Of a stretch of DNA of 64,000 nucleotides, positions 62,347-64,000 are shown piece after piece. How positions within the stretch are numbered: the stretch's first letter is position 1; the number at the start of each line of letters is the position of its first letter. The notes beneath the pieces are model-generated. The model saw only the letters and a list, made by a program, of their open reading frames with translations, had not been told where the DNA came from and did not search any database. A program made the translations under genes and the position numbers. The stretch comes from Candidatus Eiseniibacteriota bacterium (lineage in GTDB: Bacteria; Eisenbacteria; RBG-16-71-46; CAIMUX01; VGJL01), in NCBI GenBank assembly GCA_963792585.1, contig CAWBWI010000001.1:32001-96000 (forward strand), read 5' to 3'.

Positions 62347-63255
62347 TCATTCTTCCCCGGCTCTCGGGGACCGACTGCCTACGCGAAGCAGGGCGCTCTC
62401 CTGCAGTGTCCTTCGGATTCTCTCGAAGCCGGTAAGCGTATCGGCGAGGGGATTGCGCTCGCACTCGAAGACGACCGCGCGCAGATTCGGGCAGCGAGGA
62501 ACGAGATGCTCGAAGATCCTCCATGTCTCTTCGAGGACGTGCGGTCGATGGTCATCCTCGATATAGCGCCAGCCGTCCACCTCGATGCGGGTCCCACCGG
62601 CAACGTGAATCTCGACGATTCTCTCCAGCGGGAAGCCGCTCAGTCCCGCGAGGGGCTCGAGGCCGTGAAGCGACTGATAGATCGCCAAGTGGGCGCAGTC
62701 CAGAAGCATCCCGGTGTCGGCGCGATCGATCACCCGCGCATAGAAGTCAAGTAAGGGGAGGTTCCCCAGATAAACCTGGCCGGGGGGATTCTCGGGAAGC
62801 ACCTCGTAACCGAGGGCCTCTCGAAGTGTCACGATCCCCTCGGCGATCGCCGATGCGGAGGAGTCGGACAGGATCGGGGGGAGAAGCAACATCTGCCCCG
62901 GTTCCCGCCCTCCGAAATGCCACATCCCCGCGTCTCCGCAGATCCAAGCCGGGCGGATCGCGGTGGCGTTTGTTGCCGCCTCGCGCAGCCATGCTGCATC
63001 GAAGTCTTCCGGCTCATCGAGATTCACGTCCAGGAAATGGTAGGTCGTTGGCAAGCCGTCCCCGATCCAGGAGCGCGCCTGGCGATCGAGTCCGGATAGG
63101 GTCTCGACCCCGATCTCGAGGAACGTCGCGTACTCGGGGTGCTTGCGGCGTAGATCCAGGATGTCGAGACCCCGCGGAGAGTCCCCGGCACCATACTCCG
63201 TGGATACCCCAAGCCCCAGGGTCGGTAAGGCATGAACTCGCTCCAGGAAGGACAT
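62347..63255 (-). CDS. DUF692-family multinuclear non-heme iron oxidase (MNIO), divergent
   Basis: LGLGV, LLPP, PENPP, TGMLLDCAHL, FPLERIVEIHVAGG, EDDH, VVFECE. Confidence 0.85.
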   Translation of the reverse strand: MSFLERVHALPTLGLGVSTEYGAGDSPRGLDILDLRRKHPEYATFLEIGVETLSGLDRQARSWIGDGLPTTYHFLDVNLDEPEDFDAAWLREAATNATAIRPAWICGDAGMWHFGGREPGQMLLLPPILSDSSASAIAEGIVTLREALGYEVLPENPPGQVYLGNLPLLDFYARVIDRADTGMLLDCAHLAIYQSLHGLEPLAGLSGFPLERIVEIHVAGGTRIEVDGWRYIEDDHRPHVLEETWRIFEHLVPRCPNLRAVVFECERNPLADTLTGFERIRRTLQESALLRVGSRSPRAGEE

Positions 63256-63476
63256 GTCTCCACTGTACAGGTTGGAAGACCGCCGAAGGGAGAGTCCTGG
63301 GCGTTGAGGGCCGAGTCCCCCTATCCACTCGAATCCCGCGGGAAGGCACTCCTGTAGTCGAACAGCCGGGGGTGGCAACCAGGACCACAACAACCAACGA
63401 CACCATAGTGCGTTGGAGGATCAAGCTCCCGCCCAGTACAGGTGCGGGGGTATCCTCTTCTGGAGGAGAGACAACA

Positions 63477-64000
63477 ATGGCTCGAGGCTCCCAAGGCAAA
63501 GTGATCTTGCGTCCTTCACTTCGACGCGCCGATCCTCGACGGGATTCGTCGTGGGACCAGCGTTGGAGCCGAGTCACGAACTTCTCGCGAATCTCGCGAT
63601 CGCATCGTGTCCAACGATGCGTCCTCTTCGTCCTCGCATGCCTGGCCCTTTCGTGCGGCAAGGGCGGGCAGCAGTCGCCCACGGGAGTCTTTCCCGGCCA
63701 AGTCACGTGGATCCGAATCGAGTTTCACGACAACGGGCACAACTCCCCATTGTCCGCTCGCGTGGAGGACCAGGGGCAGATTGCGGCGATTGTCTCCATC
63801 ATCGAGACCATGAAATTCCGCCCGCCGATTCCGGGCGGACCCATGACGCCGGCTCCCAACAATGTCATCTTCGGCACGTCCCGTGGCCTTGTCCGGGCGT
63901 CGTGGGGCGATGGTTACCTGGAGATCGAAGAGGGACCGGTGAAGGGGAGAGCTCGCATGCCTGATCCTCTCCATCTCCTGCTCCAGGTGCACCGGGCAGA
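63477..64000 (+). CDS. Putative lipoprotein, 3'-truncated (not in the ORF track)
   Basis: GGAGGAG RBS, frame open to the window end, VLFVLACLALSC lipobox-like segment. Confidence 0.5.
   Translation, partial: MARGSQGKVILRPSLRRADPRRDSSWDQRWSRVTNFSRISRSHRVQRCVLFVLACLALSCGKGGQQSPTGVFPGQVTWIRIEFHDNGHNSPLSARVEDQGQIAAIVSIIETMKFRPPIPGGPMTPAPNNVIFGTSRGLVRASWGDGYLEIEEGPVKGRARMPDPLHLLLQVHRA

Overview
High-GC bacterial DNA. Several secreted proteins end in FlgD-Ig/T9SS-like domains or a (T/S)(T/S)WGxx(K/R)xxYR tail, which suggests an uncultured FCB-group lineage such as Ca. Eisenbacteria or Krumholzibacteria (inference). Many genes, including aspartokinase, are split by single-base indels, so this is probably an error-prone long-read assembly, worst at about 20.8-27.2 kb. 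From left to right: (1) a tightly coupled operon of a PLP decarboxylase, a GNAT, a BioF2/FemAB-like GNAT, a DAG-kinase-family kinase and a CdsA-like cytidylyltransferase, which is a candidate new amino/amide-lipid pathway; (2) a 7.7 kb decayed island bounded by a 65 bp duplication of the cdsA 3' end that differs only at synonymous sites; (3) a sigma54 two-component system, rubrerythrin, aspartokinase and tRNA-Gly/tRNA-Cys; (4) a heme-binding kinase and sigma54 activator facing a tetraheme cytochrome/DsrO-like/DsrP-like module; (5) a carbamoyltransferase-SxtJ-SxtK-like-SGNH cluster; (6) secreted peptidase and hydrolases; (7) the glycyl radical enzyme HypD with its activase, and a radical SAM/SPASM protein; (8) a decaying integron-cassette array with no integrase; (9) tRNA-Leu followed by a mosaic region with a PEP-CTERM gene, a duplicated sRNA-like element, metal/stress genes, a CopB-type ATPase and a divergent DUF692 (MNIO) plus partner pair. 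All family calls come from motif recognition by eye, with no database searches.
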